Positions 1-32,400 of a DNA stretch of 64,000 bases are shown here, in pieces. A program made the position numbers and the translations under genes. The DNA is from Phoronis australis (Eukaryota; Animalia; Phoronida). Below the pieces are notes generated by a model. It was given only the letters and a program-made list of their open reading frames with translations. It did no database searches and had not been told where the DNA came from. Position 1 is the stretch's first letter. Every line of letters starts with the position of its first letter. The stretch is taken from the NCBI GenBank assembly GCA_002633005.1, contig NMRA01000173.1, positions 29,192 through 93,191 of the forward strand. The letters run 5' to 3'.

Positions 1-270
1 TACCGTCTGCTACGCAGGTGAACATGTTCAACGTCTGCGAAGTATAGTGAAATAATGAGCATAATTCGCAATAATCGGTCTCACCTGAGGCGCCATATTA
101 TGTAGCAAACTTTCTATGCAAGCGTTCGGAGTTTGACCACACTCTACATTTTAGAAACTATTTGTTAATTAGAGTGCGCAGAGTACGCACTTGGTGGCGA
201 TAAAGTTCTTTTCAAAGTGTTAGGCGATCCCAGTATGTGGCTTAGTACGTGTGGTGACTCAAATCATAAG

Positions 271-451
271 GTAAGATTAACCGCCCAGGGCGGTTGCCGG
301 TCGTAATAAGCGCCCATGTTCAGTTAACCGCCCCCCCCCCGATTTCTTGAAATTTCACGTTTAAGCGCCCATGTCTGGTTAACCGCCCACCCCCGATTTT
401 TTGGGTTCGCCAATTTAACCGCCCAGGGCGTTAACCCGAACGATTACGGTA
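271..451. mobile_element. Terminal portion of a non-autonomous TA-target DNA transposon
   Basis: Reiterated ttaaccgccc/taagcgccc subterminal motifs ending in ...attacggta; same architecture as the 16604-17726 element. Confidence 0.45.
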
Positions 452-1029
452 TGTTAAGGGTTTATGGTCAAGGTAGCTTTGTTTCAATGGTGTTTAAATA
501 TACAGCTTTGGAACAATCTGGGTGAAAAATGAGCAAATTAAGAAGCAGATTCTTGCACACATTTGATTTTATTAAAAGTGAAAGTATTCCTTGAGTCAAC
601 GAATTTGGTTACCAGTGCTAAAAATGACATTAGTCCATTATTCTGACGTTAAGTTTGTGGAGCGATCATGTATGTCAAATGCGAAAATGCATTTTTTAGA
701 TGGGAAGGACTTGTTGAAGTTATTATGTTTGAACACAGCTATAAAACAACAAAAGCTGTTGTGTTTTTGAGATTTTATGAACAATTCCTGATGTTGCCAT
801 CTATATACCACTTAAATAGTCTGAAAATACTCTGCCATTCATTGAGTGAGATTCAGCTCTGCCAGCAGAGCATTTGACTACAATTATGGGTGTTCCAGGT
901 TCTATTCTATGCTGAGGCTGATCTCAGAAAATCTTTTTTCTCAAAGATAATGACCCTTTAAAATTGAATAGATGCTATGATATTGGTTACCCTGATTTTC
1001 AAAAACTGTGTAATGAATATAGATTGTCA

Positions 1030-1550
1030 CATGGCGAAGGCGTTATCCCCTGTAATCTAGAGCCCAAAGTGGATTTTTGCAAGCAAGGTGGTATGTGCTA
1101 CCCAGCATCGTTGTCAACTAGGAGTCCATCTTCATCGTGGGTTTCGACCTTGTCATAGAACCCTCTCCGATGGTAGATCTCTGAAGGCTGATCAGACCTC
1201 CAGCCGGCACTGCGTTTGCCATCTGTTCTCTCACTGTGACCACAGCCATGCGGTTGCTTTCTCCGCTGCTCTTATTGTAGACTTGAACTTATCAACTCAC
1301 CCTCTTGATGAAATACCTAGTAGCTTCGTCATCCGCCACATGCTGCCATCAATAAACCCTCGACATCCAACTTCTATGGGAGGACAGAAGCACTTCCAGC
1401 CATTCGCTCCACATTCCTGTGGTAGATCATTGTACTTCAGTTATTTCCTCTCTTGAGCTTCCTGCACCCTGGTGTCCCAGGGCACAGTCAACTCAATCAG
1501 AATCACTGTCTTGTTGCTGTCTGACCACAACACTATGTCTGGTCTTAACG
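1030..1550 (-). mobile_element. 3' remnant of a Hero/R2-group non-LTR retrotransposon (restriction-like endonuclease domain)
   Basis: Minus-strand translation RPDIVLWSDSNKTVILIELTVPWDTRVQEAQERK*LKYNDL..ECGANGW....IEVGCRGF, with stops. Confidence 0.75.
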
Positions 1551-1912
1551 ATAATTATCCAAAATCCACGAGGTCTCTAGATAAGGGGATAACGACTGAT
1601 AACATGTAATCTATTTATACCACATACTGAACGAGAAACATTGCAATGAATCGGCTTTTGTAACTACTTTCTATGTCATAGGCCTGAGGTTGAAGGTCGT
1701 GACCTTTCAAGAAACGCCGAGTTTTCCTTGTTAAAATGATGTTTTTACTTAAAATCAAATAAAAATTGAAACAAAATAGATCTAATTAAATTGAATCTGT
1801 AAATAATTTTTATTTTAAGCAACTACTCTTACTAGTTTACTACACATCTTATCTTGTTAAGCTTTCACCGTGAAATATCGTCTGCTAAAGTAGGTTACCA
1901 CTGGTTACTGAG

Positions 1913-4237
1913 TTTAAAGACAGCCTTCAGCGGCTAAAACACCTTTTTGACACCAGAAATGCATGTATTTTTCATAAAAAATATTGTTTTTGCTTCTTAC
2001 ATACCATGGAAAGTAATTAATTGTGACGCAAATTTCACCGCTCATAATTCGTAGCCCCTTCGAGCGCCTCAGAAAAAATCTCAACCAATCAGCGTAAAGT
2101 GGTTCATATGACATCATCATGGCCACAAATTTACTGGGGAGCCACACTGCGTAACAGCTGAATGCCATTTCTTGGATGTTCTGCACTTGTCGATGTCTGG
2201 GCTAAAATGCCTCTTTGCGTGGTGTGCGGGTGTAGCATTGTCAGCGGCAATAGGATACATTTGCACAACTTCCTCACCGATCACGTCGTGTGCCGTGCGT
2301 GGAATAGATCCGTATCCACGACAAGGCCTGGCGACAAACTTTCCCGATCAGCAAGATCTGATTTAGGCTTGGTGCAAAGCTGTATACAAAATCTACAGCT
2401 TCACATCGATGTGGGTAAAAAGGACTAAATAAAATTTGACGCAGAAATAGTGTCATTAAAAGCTGCACCGCTCTTTGATGAAACCAAATTATTTACTGGT
2501 GTTGGAAGAATTATCATTCTAGGCCTACCGCTCATCTACTGTTAAAATTGAAGTGCGCTCTTGGGAGTCGGCGTTTGGCGATTACGTCACCTGACCTGAA
2601 CAGTTTCTTTTCCTCCGCGGTTTATTCTTCTATCAACTGTTCTTTGCTGCAACGAGGTTGCGTACTGTCACAACGAATTGTCATAACTGGTCTCATTTCG
2701 TTTCGAGTTATTAGCATTTTGAAGACCAACAAACCGAATTTAGAACAAACTTTACTGCTGCGAAGCTGTTATCATGTCCCAAAAGTAGTCGCAAAATTTT
2801 AGTACGGCGCGTGCGCGTTTCACGAGCGTACTGTTTCAAAAAGACAACAGACTTTCTTTGTTAGAAAACTCTAAAGGCCGAGAGTAATGCTAGAAAATGA
2901 CGTTTATTAGATTGTTCTTCCCTTAAATGACTGGCACTGAACGGGCAAGGTGAGTGTCCGAATCGTCTCCCAGGTTTTGCATGCACCGCGGTCGTTGGTC
3001 GTTGGCTCTGCGATATAAGTTTCACGAGTTGACTAACACAATTCATACCTGGTCTGTAGGTAGGCCTATGAAATTTTGTCATAGACTACAGTCTATGGTG
3101 TATGGTTTAACAGAGCTCAAGTCACAGTGTTACCTAGATGTATTTCGGCGATAGCTGGTTGGCTACAAAAAATCTGCAGTGTGCACTTCGACATTTCGTG
3201 TCACTGTTCCGGCCCAGAGTATAAGGAATCCGGCCCAAATCCGGAATATTCTGTCTGATTTGGGTCGTTCCCGTAGGCCTAACGGAATTCTGATACTGAA
3301 TTTAAAACGTTCAATTGATTACAAATTGTTATGACTGGGTATGTTTTCGTGCAATACAGACTTTATTTCGTAGTTTTAATTTATTACAGACACGCGCAAT
3401 GTTGTGTTGTTATTGAATTTTCAATTTTTTTTTTAGCTTCACCGATTACGGGTTGCAGCATTTCAAGGCGACTTATTTCTAATATAAAATTTTCAATGAA
3501 TTTGAATATAGTTGCATTGTACGAAAAGATCATGCTGATATGTGCTGTAAGCCTAACGTTTCTAAGTATTTTGCACCAAATTAAATGGCCTGTTGTCGTC
3601 TATACCCATACGGGATACACACTGGACAGCCGTCCGTATTGGAATCGCACAGCGTTCACACCTTCGTCTTCAAAAAGACATGAATGGAAAGTTACTAACA
3701 TCAAAGTTTTTGTATCAAACAAATTACACTTTATAATAAACATTGGGAAATTGCTGATAACAATTCAAGCGAAGCGTTTTGTTTTTCCGGCTGTTTCGAC
3801 GGCACCAGTCACACTCCCGGGGATTCCCATACGGGCCCGTATTAGAATGTGTGCTAAATAATTGAATAAAAATTCTAAAGGTAGTGATTTTGATTAATTT
3901 TAATATTAACTGACATGAAATGAAAATTTAATGTGTTTCCTTGATTTTCCACGTATTTTGCACTAAATTAAAAAACGAGTCATCTCTGATTCCAGTATTC
4001 TGGAGACACGGTGAAAGCCAAATTTGTTGTAATGATGTCATAGACTTCGATTAGTGCAAGCGCCGTCTCAATTTTTTTTTGGCGCTAAATGGGATTCGTG
4101 ATGTGGCTACTGTATTGTCGAAGGCCTACTTAATTAACGACTGGGATATGCCATGACACAGTTTTTTGATGTTTTTTTATCAATAAATGTATTTTAGATG
4201 TAAAAATAGTAATTTTGGCACCATACTTGGCCTTTAA
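1913..4237. mobile_element. Degraded Kolobok-like DNA transposon remnants including a THAP-domain fragment (2207-2360)
   Basis: MPLCVVCGCS...LHNF..D...AW reads as a THAP zinc-finger start; ttaaag... and ...cctttaa termini-like sequences; boundaries uncertain. Confidence 0.4.
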
Positions 4238-4469
4238 TGTCCAAGTCAAAGCATCCCGACCACATGTTACTTGCATTCAAACTGGAGATCGATGATTTAC
4301 TAGTGAGAGAAAATGACGGATAAATGTTACTGAATTAAGATGTCGTTTTCATTGAAATTTTGCGTCTTACTTTTCATAACGTAAAAATGTTGGTACAATG
4401 CCGTTTGTTGAACATGATATTGTTGCGCGTGCTCATTTAAGTAATTCTATTTTCACGTTCGATGACATC

Positions 4470-4550
4470 AGCCGCTGAGTGGTGCAGTGGTAAAGTCGAT
4501 GACCAGAAACTCTTGCAGACCGGGTTTGAAACCGGCCCGGGTTTCCCACC
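4470..4550 (+). mobile_element. tRNA-derived SINE head
   Basis: A-box-like TGGTGCAGTGG and B-box-like GGTTTGAAACC at Pol III spacing; no complete cloverleaf. Confidence 0.45.
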
Positions 4551-4673
4551 AAAATATTATTTAACGCTGCTAAATAACTAAATGGGTTATTAAACGGTTG
4601 TATTGGCCATTCGAGGCTGATATTGTGGTATAAAGATTTTTATTTTGACTTAATGTGTGACTCTCATTTTCAG

Positions 4674-21953
<17,280 letters not shown>

Positions 21954-22107
21954 TAATATGAGCAAGAAAAAGTCATGGCCTACTGGTGTTGTCTTCAAAC
22001 TTTGTGGTGAACATGATGCTTTGCATAAGTGTCTGCAATGTGAACTATGTGTGACACTGATCAAACTCTAAAATACTTTTATGATTGCGTAATTGTATTC
22101 TTGGCTT

Positions 22108-22113
22108 AATAAA
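22108..22113 (+). terminator. Candidate polyadenylation signal of HEATR6
   Basis: AATAAA ~155 nt after the predicted stop. Confidence 0.6.
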
Positions 22114-22279
22114 TGTATAAAATAATCAATATTTTTATGACTGCTTAATTTTATTGACTTATTGAACCATACAACCAAATGTTTGATTTGCTAGACTACT
22201 TAAACTAGGCACTGTTGTACAATGACTTCTTCAGTGGTTTAATTACATGAATATTGTTGTTCAAAACATGACTTAAGGC

Positions 22280-22426
22280 TATGCAGGACCTTATGCAGGA
22301 CCTTATGCAGGACCTTATGCAGGACCTTATGCAGGACCTTATGCAGGACCTTATGCAGGACCTTATGCAGGACCTTATGCAGGACCTTATGTAGGACCTT
22401 ATGCAGGACCTTATGCAGGACCTTAT
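22280..22426. repeat. 12-bp tandem repeat (TATGCAGGACCT) x~12
   Basis: Directly visible. Confidence 0.95.
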
Positions 22427-22557
22427 CGACTAGTCCGAGTATTTAGCCAAATATCTACAAAAGTAACCATTCTAACTCGATAAAATCACGTATTTTTAGA
22501 AAGCCTTTAGAATTTAATTTTGACTTCATACCAATCACATGACCAGTAAAATTTAGT

Positions 22558-24790
22558 AACAAGAGCGGGAGCGTTGAAATGTGCTAACGACAGCAACACA
22601 AAGGTTGTGCTTCTAATGGTGTTTTAGTATCATAAAAACAGTCATTAAAAGGCACAAAATACCTCCAAGCCGTCCGAAATTGGTAACGCGTCGTCTCTAT
22701 TACAAAACTGCTAGTCAAATTTCATGGAAATTCACAAAGGAATTCCAAACACAGCAGTAGTCAAATTTCATGGAAATTCACAAAGGAATTCCAAACACAG
22801 CAGCAGTCAAATCCAGCAATCTGATGTCAAGTTAATAGGAATAGATGTTACACATTGTGATCATGCAATGGCTTAAGTACTTATAGTAATAAATAGCTGC
22901 AGATGCAAAAATCGTAATGTCATTGGAGAGCAGCACAGTTATGTTGGAACTCTGAAAATCCACACCAGTCGAGCTCATGTCAGAAGGAACACATCTGACA
23001 ATTTTCATAATGGTCCTTTGAGTGGTTTGGTGGATACAGAAGCAGATAACAAAAATGCAGACACAAAAATAATTGACACGGCTAGTAGGTGGTGCAGAGT
23101 ACATCACAAATTGGAAACGTGCTGTCATCTTCATAATAGAAACTCGTTTCCAAATTTTATGAAAAAAATTCAAGGAACTCGGAAGATATAGAGCTAAAGG
23201 TAAAAATAAAATTGCTAGTGGGGGCCATAGCAGCAGTCAGAGATGTCCAAAAAGTCATGGGTTGCAACTGTCACATCTATAGAAAACCAACTCCAAAAGT
23301 TCACAAACACCATGTAAAGGAATCCATAGCTGCAGCCATGGTCTCAAAAAAATAGAAAATCACAAGCGGAGCCATAGGTGACATATCTGTCCAAAAATTA
23401 ATGTCAGCCATGGTCTTCTCATCAGAACACAACTGCAACAATTCACAGTTAGGCAAACACTAAAAAACAAACTCAAAATCATAAAAATGGCCACTAGGTG
23501 GTGCAAAATATACTGAATATGTCCGGAAATGGAAAGGCATAATTGTTGCCTCAATAGAAACCAAGGCAATAGTCGAATATATGCCCCTATTTTGAGAACC
23601 AGTTTGATGCCAGTTATTCAGTGGAGAAAACTGGTTCTCAAATTCGGGCGCATTATATCCAACCATTACCAATACCTATTTGCCAAATTTCAGAAAAATC
23701 CATCAATGAAGCCAAACAATATAGAGGCAAGCCTAAAAGAAATAAAACTGCCACTAGGGGGAACACCTACAGCTGGATTGGTCTGAAGCTCGTCATGCGT
23801 TATCATCTTATCTAAAACATTCCACAAAGATTCTCCTCAGAGTAAAGGAGATATAGCTGTGGATGCAATAGGTAAGGAGTCCCCACAGTAGACAAATCCA
23901 TCCCAAAATCAGTACCAGCTGCAGTCTTCTCATCAGAAAAACATCTGCCAATTTTTATAATGATATTTGGAACGGTTGAGCAGATAGGAAGGCGAACGTA
24001 AAAAATGTACTCAAAAATTTTTAAATTGGCGCAGAATGTCAAAAGTGTCCGAAAACAGAGGGGCCTCATTGTCTCTTTAATAAAAACTTATATGATAAAT
24101 TTCATGAAAAATGATTAAGGAACTCGAAAAATAGACAGGCATATGTAAAAACCTAAAACTGCCACTAGGGGCCACACCTACGATCAGATTGGTCAGAAAC
24201 TCGATGTCATTCATTATCATCTCCATAAGAACACATCTGCCAAATTTATCTAAGTTACTCCAAAGAGTTATTAAGGGGATACTGTTGTGGGCGCACAAAA
24301 AACTTAGAAAATGCCACTAGGGGTAGCCACAGTAGTCAAACTCGTCCAAAAATCAATTTCGACCACGGTCTTCTCATCAGTATCACATCTGCCTATTTTC
24401 ACAATGATCCTTTGAGCCATTTGGCAGATAGGAAGGTGAACGTCAAAAAAGTACTCCAATATTTTTAAATTGCCACCAGGTAGGGCAGAAAACATCAAAT
24501 ATGTCTGCACCATAGTCTCTTTAAAAGAAACTTAATTGCTAAGTTTCATTCAAATCCATCAAGGAACTCCTCAGACACAAAGGCAAACGTAAAAACTAAA
24601 ATTGTCACTAAGGGTCAGAGCAGTACTCGAATCCATCCGCAACCCCTGGCCATCTGTCATCAGCTTCATAGGAGGAACACATCTGTAATATCTCATTATG
24701 ATCATACAAGGGGTTTAGGAAATACACCCGTGGACACCAGGAGCTCAGACAGAGATGACAGCAATATGCACCCACTTATAAATGTGGGTA
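22558..24790 (+). mobile_element. Helentron/HINE-like non-autonomous element with internal GCCACTAGG repeat array, copy 1
   Basis: Starts AACAAGAGC..GGAGCGTTGAAATGTG and ends at hairpin ACCCACTTATAAATGTGGGT; same termini as copies 2-4. Confidence 0.7.
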
Positions 24791-26340
24791 AGGTACATCT
24801 TTAACAAAACAATGGTATCCTATCCATAACGTACTAACCAAATTTCATTCCATATAAATGTTCAAAAAGGAAATCTCAAGAACAGTTTTCATTTTATGCA
24901 ACTTTTGAAATTCATAAAAATCATAAAAGCCGCTCGTTCAAAATTAGGAAAGTTTAAAAACAATTCCTAATAGTATTAAGGAGAGCATAAAGTAAAGTAA
25001 CTGAGTTTTGTATGAATCTCATCTGCCATCTTAGAGATATAATGTTCCAACTTCACCAAATTTGGCCATTTTTCAAGGGTTCTACATCACCCTAATAACT
25101 TTGCGACTATAAACCCGTGTTCAGTCAGAAATGTTCATATGATTAGATTTCTGGGCAACTTGACACTTTGTTATTGCCCGATACCATTCATGATTTATAC
25201 TAAATAGAATGACCCATGCTCGGAAATCACCAGAATGAGACCTCTGATTTGACAAAGGAACAATTTGCAGTCAATTTCATAATGGGTGATAGTTACAATG
25301 AAATGTTCTTGTGACAGAAGGCGGCGTTATAAGCGCTTTAAATAAAAAGTTAGATCCATCAAAAGGAATGTGTAGAAAGGTCTTCATACAAAATACAGTG
25401 GATGCATGGACACTGCATGAACACTGCATGAACATTGAAGGAACACAAGTAACAAATCATGAAATCTGATGTTCAATGAATTCATGAAATATCTCAAATA
25501 TTAACAGACAGAGCAAAGCACTTTTGCAAATCATTAATTCATGGATACCCTAGTACAGACCTCAAGCACGCAACTTTTTTTCCTGACAATATTAACATGA
25601 CTAGCAGTTCTTAACATGGAGACAAATGCACCAATGTTGATTGCCTAGTAGCAAAAATACAACGCAAGACTTCAAACTAGATTTCAGACACAACAGAAAC
25701 AGTGATCACACAACTGAGTACAAAACAGCACATGACAACAGTTAAGGTAAAACGTTGCAATTTGATTAAATCACTACTGTAGAAGAGCAAATAGATGCAG
25801 ATGCAGCCAGTGTAACCACATAAAATATGGAATACTTGTGGCCACATTTAAAACATCTCCATACTTTTGATGATGATTTCGAAGCTGTTGTAAATCTGCC
25901 CTGTGTCAAAAGCAAGGCTACGCTCGCTACATATGTAAGCAAGAAACAAGTTGAGACTAGTTAGAAAGCAGTAAATAGCCTATACTTACAGCACCTTCTA
26001 GATAAAACTTGATTATAATAAATAATGAGTACAGACTCTACAACATACACAATGAATTCATGAAAGTGATTATGCAAACATTAGTTATCTGAGAAGTACA
26101 CATACACTAGCAATCTACATCAGAAGCAGATCTATGCTTTCATAGACGGTGTAGTTACCAAACCAGTGGAGGAATATCATTGCACAAGTGGAACTTTTTT
26201 TGGCTGCCATTTTCTCCCGAGGGGAATTAAACCTGTTAAACCATCCAGAGATCGTCACTGAACAGATCTAAAAGCTAAACATGACTTGAGCAGCATAGAA
26301 GATTACCCTGAACGTGTGAATTGCAGACTTCAGACTGAGC

Positions 26341-26427
26341 CTACAACACATGACCACATAGAATTTCTTTCCTTCTCGACTCGTACACTTCTTGCATCGA
26401 TTGTAGATTCTTATTTGCGTCTAGCAC
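26341..26427 (-). CDS. TK2: TK2 terminal exon ([28 protein letters not shown])
   Basis: ttacag acceptor, TAG stop at 26343-26341. Confidence 0.88.
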   Translation of the reverse strand: MLDANKNLQSMQEVYESRRKEILCGHVL

Positions 26428-29400
26428 CTGTAAGAACATTAAATTAAATTAATAATAAAAGACAAATAATTGATATTTCCCAATTAGAAACAAAAACGTG
26501 AAGAATACAAATATTTGTTGGGCAACCTTGTATATGTCCTCCTGACAGAACTTGCCAAATGTGTAGACATAGTGAGAGCAAGTGAGACAAAAATATTGTG
26601 TGACAAAAGACCACTCTTCATACCGGCGTACATATTAATGATTTTTGATACAGTGTCTCACAACAATACACAATACAATACCATAATAACTACACTATAC
26701 AATAGCATGATGACTTTACATTATACAATAGCATGATAACTTTACATTATACAATACCATGACGACTTTACACTATACAATAGCATGATGACTTTACACT
26801 ATACAATACCATGATAAATTTACACTATATAATAGTGACTTGACACTATACAATTCCATGACGACTTTACACTATACAATACCATGATAAATTTACACTA
26901 TATAATAGAATGATGACTTTACACTATACAATACCATGATGACTTAACGCTAAATGTTGATGACAGGAAGCACTAGACAAAATAGGAGCTTGTTCACTTA
27001 AAAAGCAAAGATGGTGGACAAAACGACCCACTACTAATTGCATGACTTAGAACAAGTTAAGCAATTTAAAATTACAATTTTAAGATACTTTTTCGGTTTT
27101 ACGGCCAAAAAACTGTTTTGGGCTACTGTTGGATGGACAAACTTCTTGAATTTACTAACTTTGACAAGAGCTATGAAACAACAAAATTTGTGGTAGTGTT
27201 TTTGTGACTTTATTACAAATCCTCAATTGTCACCATTTTCTGCCTAACATTCTCTGAAATCGAGCGTTAGATACAGCTCAGTGGCAGAGTGCTTGGCAAC
27301 CAATCCAGAGCCAGTGGCTTCGATTGGCAGAGCTAGTAAGTTGGATTGGCAGAGCTAGTAAGTTGGATTGGCAGAGCTAGTAAGTTGGATTGGCAGAGCT
27401 AGTAAGTTGGATTGGCAGAGCTAGTAAGTTGGATTGCACGCTCACTGACACTACTACTAATTGCTGTAAAATTCTTACTTTAAACTCTTTGCATATTAAG
27501 TATATTACCTAAAATTTCAATAATTCCTCTAATTTCATTTCGTGATATGGAAAAAGTTCCACTAGATGATCCACTCGGATGAAATTTTCAAAATAGCATT
27601 TTAACCAATTTAGCAAAATGAATACAGTAAGACTATGTCAGCAAACAACAGAAAATGTAATAGCAATCGCACTTAATATGACATATAACCAATTAATACG
27701 TGTGAGGCCAGTCTTCTGTTCAAGCTATCAATGGAACTGACACAGCTTCATCAAAAAAATCACAATGGTGTTCATTCAACTTTTTCAATACACTATGAGA
27801 ACATACCAAGACAGGAGCTGGAACATGGAATTTGTGATGTATTAACCAGTCCTCATGAAAGTTGTGCAGCTGCTCAAGGTATTCCTGAAATAAAATTAGA
27901 GGACAACATCTGTCAAATACAGGGGCAGTAATTGAAAAGGACAAAAGTTCAAAGGTCAACACAAATGTTTGATAACTATTTCAAAAGTATTCAATTAGTC
28001 GTTTAAACTGGCATTAAGCCTGGCGGGTGCTTTAGGTAAAAAAGTGCTCATTTGGAACACTTACCATTAGGGCTGTTCCAGCAAAATCTGTATGGGAGGG
28101 GGGGGAAGGCACTTTTATTTCGTACCCACCGCCCATATTTTTCATATATTTCTCCAACCCATGACCCATAATTTTTTAATTATTTTTAAAAGGTTAAAAT
28201 ATAAAATCCAACACTTGCAAACAAATTGCCTCCAGGAGGACCTGTTAAGAACGTAGATGATTGACAGACAAGAACTAGTTGTTTTGTCCAATATTGTCAA
28301 AAACTAAAGTAGCCTGTGAGCAATACTTTTGGCAGCCACCAGGTGTCTCTGTTCACCATGTGTCTAATTTCAATGAACATTTTTTCAATTACCGGTATAA
28401 GGATCTATGAATCTCAAACTGTCTCCACGAACTCTTTTATACTTCTATGTCAAGTGAATATTGGAACTTGTTTATCTTACTCCTCATACTTTTTATTTAA
28501 AAACCATAAATTTTCTTATATGTGTTGACACTTGTTTAGTGTTGCATAATTTTTCAATTCAAAAGGACTGCAGACAAACAGTTGGCTCAAATCAAGTTGC
28601 CCATGACTTGATTAATGGCTTAGTGAACATATTGCACTCTGTTCACTGGCAATATGAGCTTTTTTGTATTGGGAAAACTTAGTATATATGACAATTGCCT
28701 TTTGTGACTTTTGAGGGCTGAAGTAACCAACCTGTCAACATTAACAGGTCAAAAAATACCACCCATTTTTAATGCATCACTTCTTACAGGTACGACCACC
28801 CATAATTTGAGTTTCTTTCTGAAGACCACCACCCATGATTTTTTATTTCTACTGCCGTCCCCCCCCACACGGATTTTACTGGAACAGCCCTTATCAATTG
28901 GTCTCGTCTTGTACCTTACTAAGTTTAAAAGTGACCTTTGGGCTGGGAACAGCTGACAGTTTGTTATTTTTTCAAACCAAGCTCAGAAATTTTTTAGTCA
29001 CAACATGAGCTGAGAAGTAACTAATTCTCATTTTTTTTTCTGAACCCAAAAATTACACCTATTAAAAACAATTTGAGACCAAATTCCTAAAAAATGGTAA
29101 GAAGCATAAATCATAACTAGTTTTTGGCCTAAAATATGGGTTTAATTACAGGCAACACATCTCATGACCCCAAAATGGGTTTGATTAGAGACAACACATC
29201 TCATGACTCAAGCAACTTTCTCACAATCATGCATCTAGGTAACATCAACCTTTACAATAAAATGTGTGACCTATTTTTGAAAAAAGGCAGTTAATTATTT
29301 CTGTTGAACATACCAGGTAGTGTGCACTTTATTTAATGTGTACTTTGTCTATAATATAGTGAATTATAAGTCTACAAAGGGCTATTAGTTTCCTCTATTA

Positions 29401-32400
29401 AAATTATGAATATTATCATTATAATGTGGGGAATGTCATTTCGATGAACATAATGTAATTGTTAAGCAGGGGCACAGCCTCAAATTCTCGAAACCGATGA
29501 TGCAACATTTACTTGTTCTATAATAGACACGTACAATATCTTTATGGGTAATTAAACATACTTATGTCATCAATTTGGTGACCTGAAGGTGGCCAATGCG
29601 ACCTCAGATTGTGTTTGGCGACCTGGGACAAATTTCAAGTCACCATGAGGTCGCCATTGAGAGTATCAAAGTCGGACAATACTTCCCTCTAAATTCATTT
29701 CAAGGTTCGTGTTAACTTCCAAACTTTAAATTACTAACAGCTTTCCTAGCTTTACTACCTTTGATTGACAATTCTTCCATTTATGTCACGAATTCAGCGC
29801 ATTTGCCACCACGTATAAATTACAACAAGATGTAAACAGACAGAAGTCGGGATTGTTTAGTAAAAATCAAGCAGTATCTGCAAAATTTGCACCATCAGTT
29901 CATACAGTCGCCTGCATTTCATACTCGCTCGTGGGTCGTTGGCAGAAGGAATGAAGTATGATCGTGGGTCGTTGGCAGAAGGGATAATGAAGTATGGTCG
30001 TGGGACGTTGACAGAAGGAATAATGAAGTACGTCCAGATAGACAACATATGTTCATAGATTCACATACTAAGCAGTCCGACTTTTTTTTATCGGTCCACG
30101 AAAGTTTACGGTTGAATAGTGACCTCAGAATTTATGTGCGCCATAGATTTTCTATTTTGGCGACCTCAGATTTTGTTTGGTGACCTGGGATTTTTGCCAG
30201 GTCGCCAAATGTGATCTGGCAATTAGCTAAGCGTCAAGTGCTGTTTATAAACAACAACTTAGAAGAGGTGTGATACAAATGTACAAAGAAACTAAATATG
30301 AACAAGCAAGTGGGTCTGTGATTTCATCTCTCTCACATGTGGGATAGGACCATTGCAGATCTACTGAGTCGCCAGACTAAAGCTCCATCTATCAGTCACA
30401 ACAAGAGGCAAAGTAAGAGTCTGTGAGAAATGCATATGAGACTGCTGAACACAAGTCTTCATTCTCTTGTCTAACAATGTGCATCGTTCATAACTTCATC
30501 AACAGGTAATTATTACGGCCAATAGTTAAAGTTATGGTAAGAAGTTTTCAGTTTGGGACAAAAATAATTGCTGAAATTGCAACATTTCAGTTTTTCAGAA
30601 GCTTAACAAATTGGTACAAGTGCACAAAACTTTAAGAAATGTTGTCTGCTGATAGCCACGTCATACAAGCCATGCAAATAGGAAAGTCATCTTAACCGTG
30701 CCAATAGTCACATCATACAAACCATGCCAATAGTCACATCATACAAATCATGCCAACAGTCACATCATACAAACCATGCCAACAGTCACATCATACAAAC
30801 CATGCCAATAGTCACATCATACAAACCATGCCAATAGTCACATCATACAAACCATGCCAACAGTCACATCATACAAACCATGCCAACAGTCACATCATAC
30901 AAACCATGCCAACAGTCACATCATACAAACCATGCCAACAGTCACATCATACAAACCATGCTAATAGCAAAGTAAATTTTCCTGAAAAGTTATTTCTGTT
31001 GAGAAATTTGACAAAATGAAGTTTCCCCCATCTGCCGTTTTATGTCCCAAACTGAAGGATTTTTACCTTAATTATTAGAAAAATGAAAGTCAAAACCTAT
31101 GACAGAGGCTTACCAAAGTTATACCCTCTTCCTCCTCTCTGCCTCTGCTTTTAATCCTTTCACGTACAGTTTCTGGATCTGTCTGCAGGTAAACTAGAAA
31201 CAAAATATTGCCATGTAGGCACAGAACTAACAACTATCACTGAATACAAATAGTGCCCAGTTAAATTTAAGAGTGATTATTAGGGGAAGTCTCAACTGGC
31301 ACTGCTTTTTGGAGTCTTTTGCATGTATAGGTCTCACCAACTTTGCTTTTGGCACATATGAGAAACACGATATTTGTCAGTGATAGCAACAAATTTAATG
31401 ATTTTACAATTTGTGAATTAACTAACCACCATATGATGCTTCATAAACGTAACAAAATACTAACAATCTACTTGACTTAGCAAATTTCTCACATTTTGTC
31501 ACAGAATTCTCAAAATGACACAAAATGTCACATAATTTCGGGCAATCAAGTTTTGTCACAGAATGTCACCATCTCACAGGTAATCCAACCTCAGAATATC
31601 TTATGGCTAATAGACTAAGCTTGATTTTTAACGATAAGATGAACAAAGACACCACACAGGGCACCATGTCTTCCTTCAGTCTTAACTCATAACAAGGCAG
31701 CAATACATTAATCCATGCACATTTAAAAACTGTAACTGTATTTCTAAAATGCAGACAAATAACAAAAAAATCAAAAGACCTACAAACACCACTTTACTGT
31801 GTGCGATGCCTGACAAAATTTTATAATGACTCAAAGTAAGACATTTAAAAAGGGATTAACAATTACTTTGTACCAAACAACTGACCATCTGTCACAAGAA
31901 ACAACTGAGGAGGGCAATCTTGCAAACCAGCAATTGAAAAACATTTTTCAAGACTGCTTTTTCTGACTATGCAATTAGAAAAGTCAAATGCAAGAATACT
32001 GACTTACCAATTAAGTCTATACCCACAGCCTGTGTAGTGACTATCCAGTTGAACCATTCAGTAAGAACAACATATTCAACATCAGGCATCTTACCACTGA
32101 AACAACATACAATCCATCTCTTTAAAAAACTGAAATATTGCAACATATCTTGAAATCAAATGTGTCAACACAAACTTTACAAGATTGATTGACATATGTG
32201 TCATATTTATGATGTTGATGAAACGGCAATAGTCGGAATGTACACAACTTATATACATGACATCATGAACTATGCGTAAAACCAACCAATTGCTGGACTA
32301 CTTCTTCAAATTGATTTTGAAAAAGCTTTTGACACCTTATCATGGGATTTCATTTATGAAGTTTCAAAGTTGTTCAATTTTAATGAATCTTTCAGGAAGT

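Noticed and set aside
3331-3861. 176-aa ORF
   Set aside because: Low-complexity AT-rich translation inside transposon debris with no recognisable motif.
4470-4550. tRNA gene
   Set aside because: A/B-box-like motifs only; acceptor and anticodon stems do not pair, so it is treated as a SINE head (same for 27270-27325).
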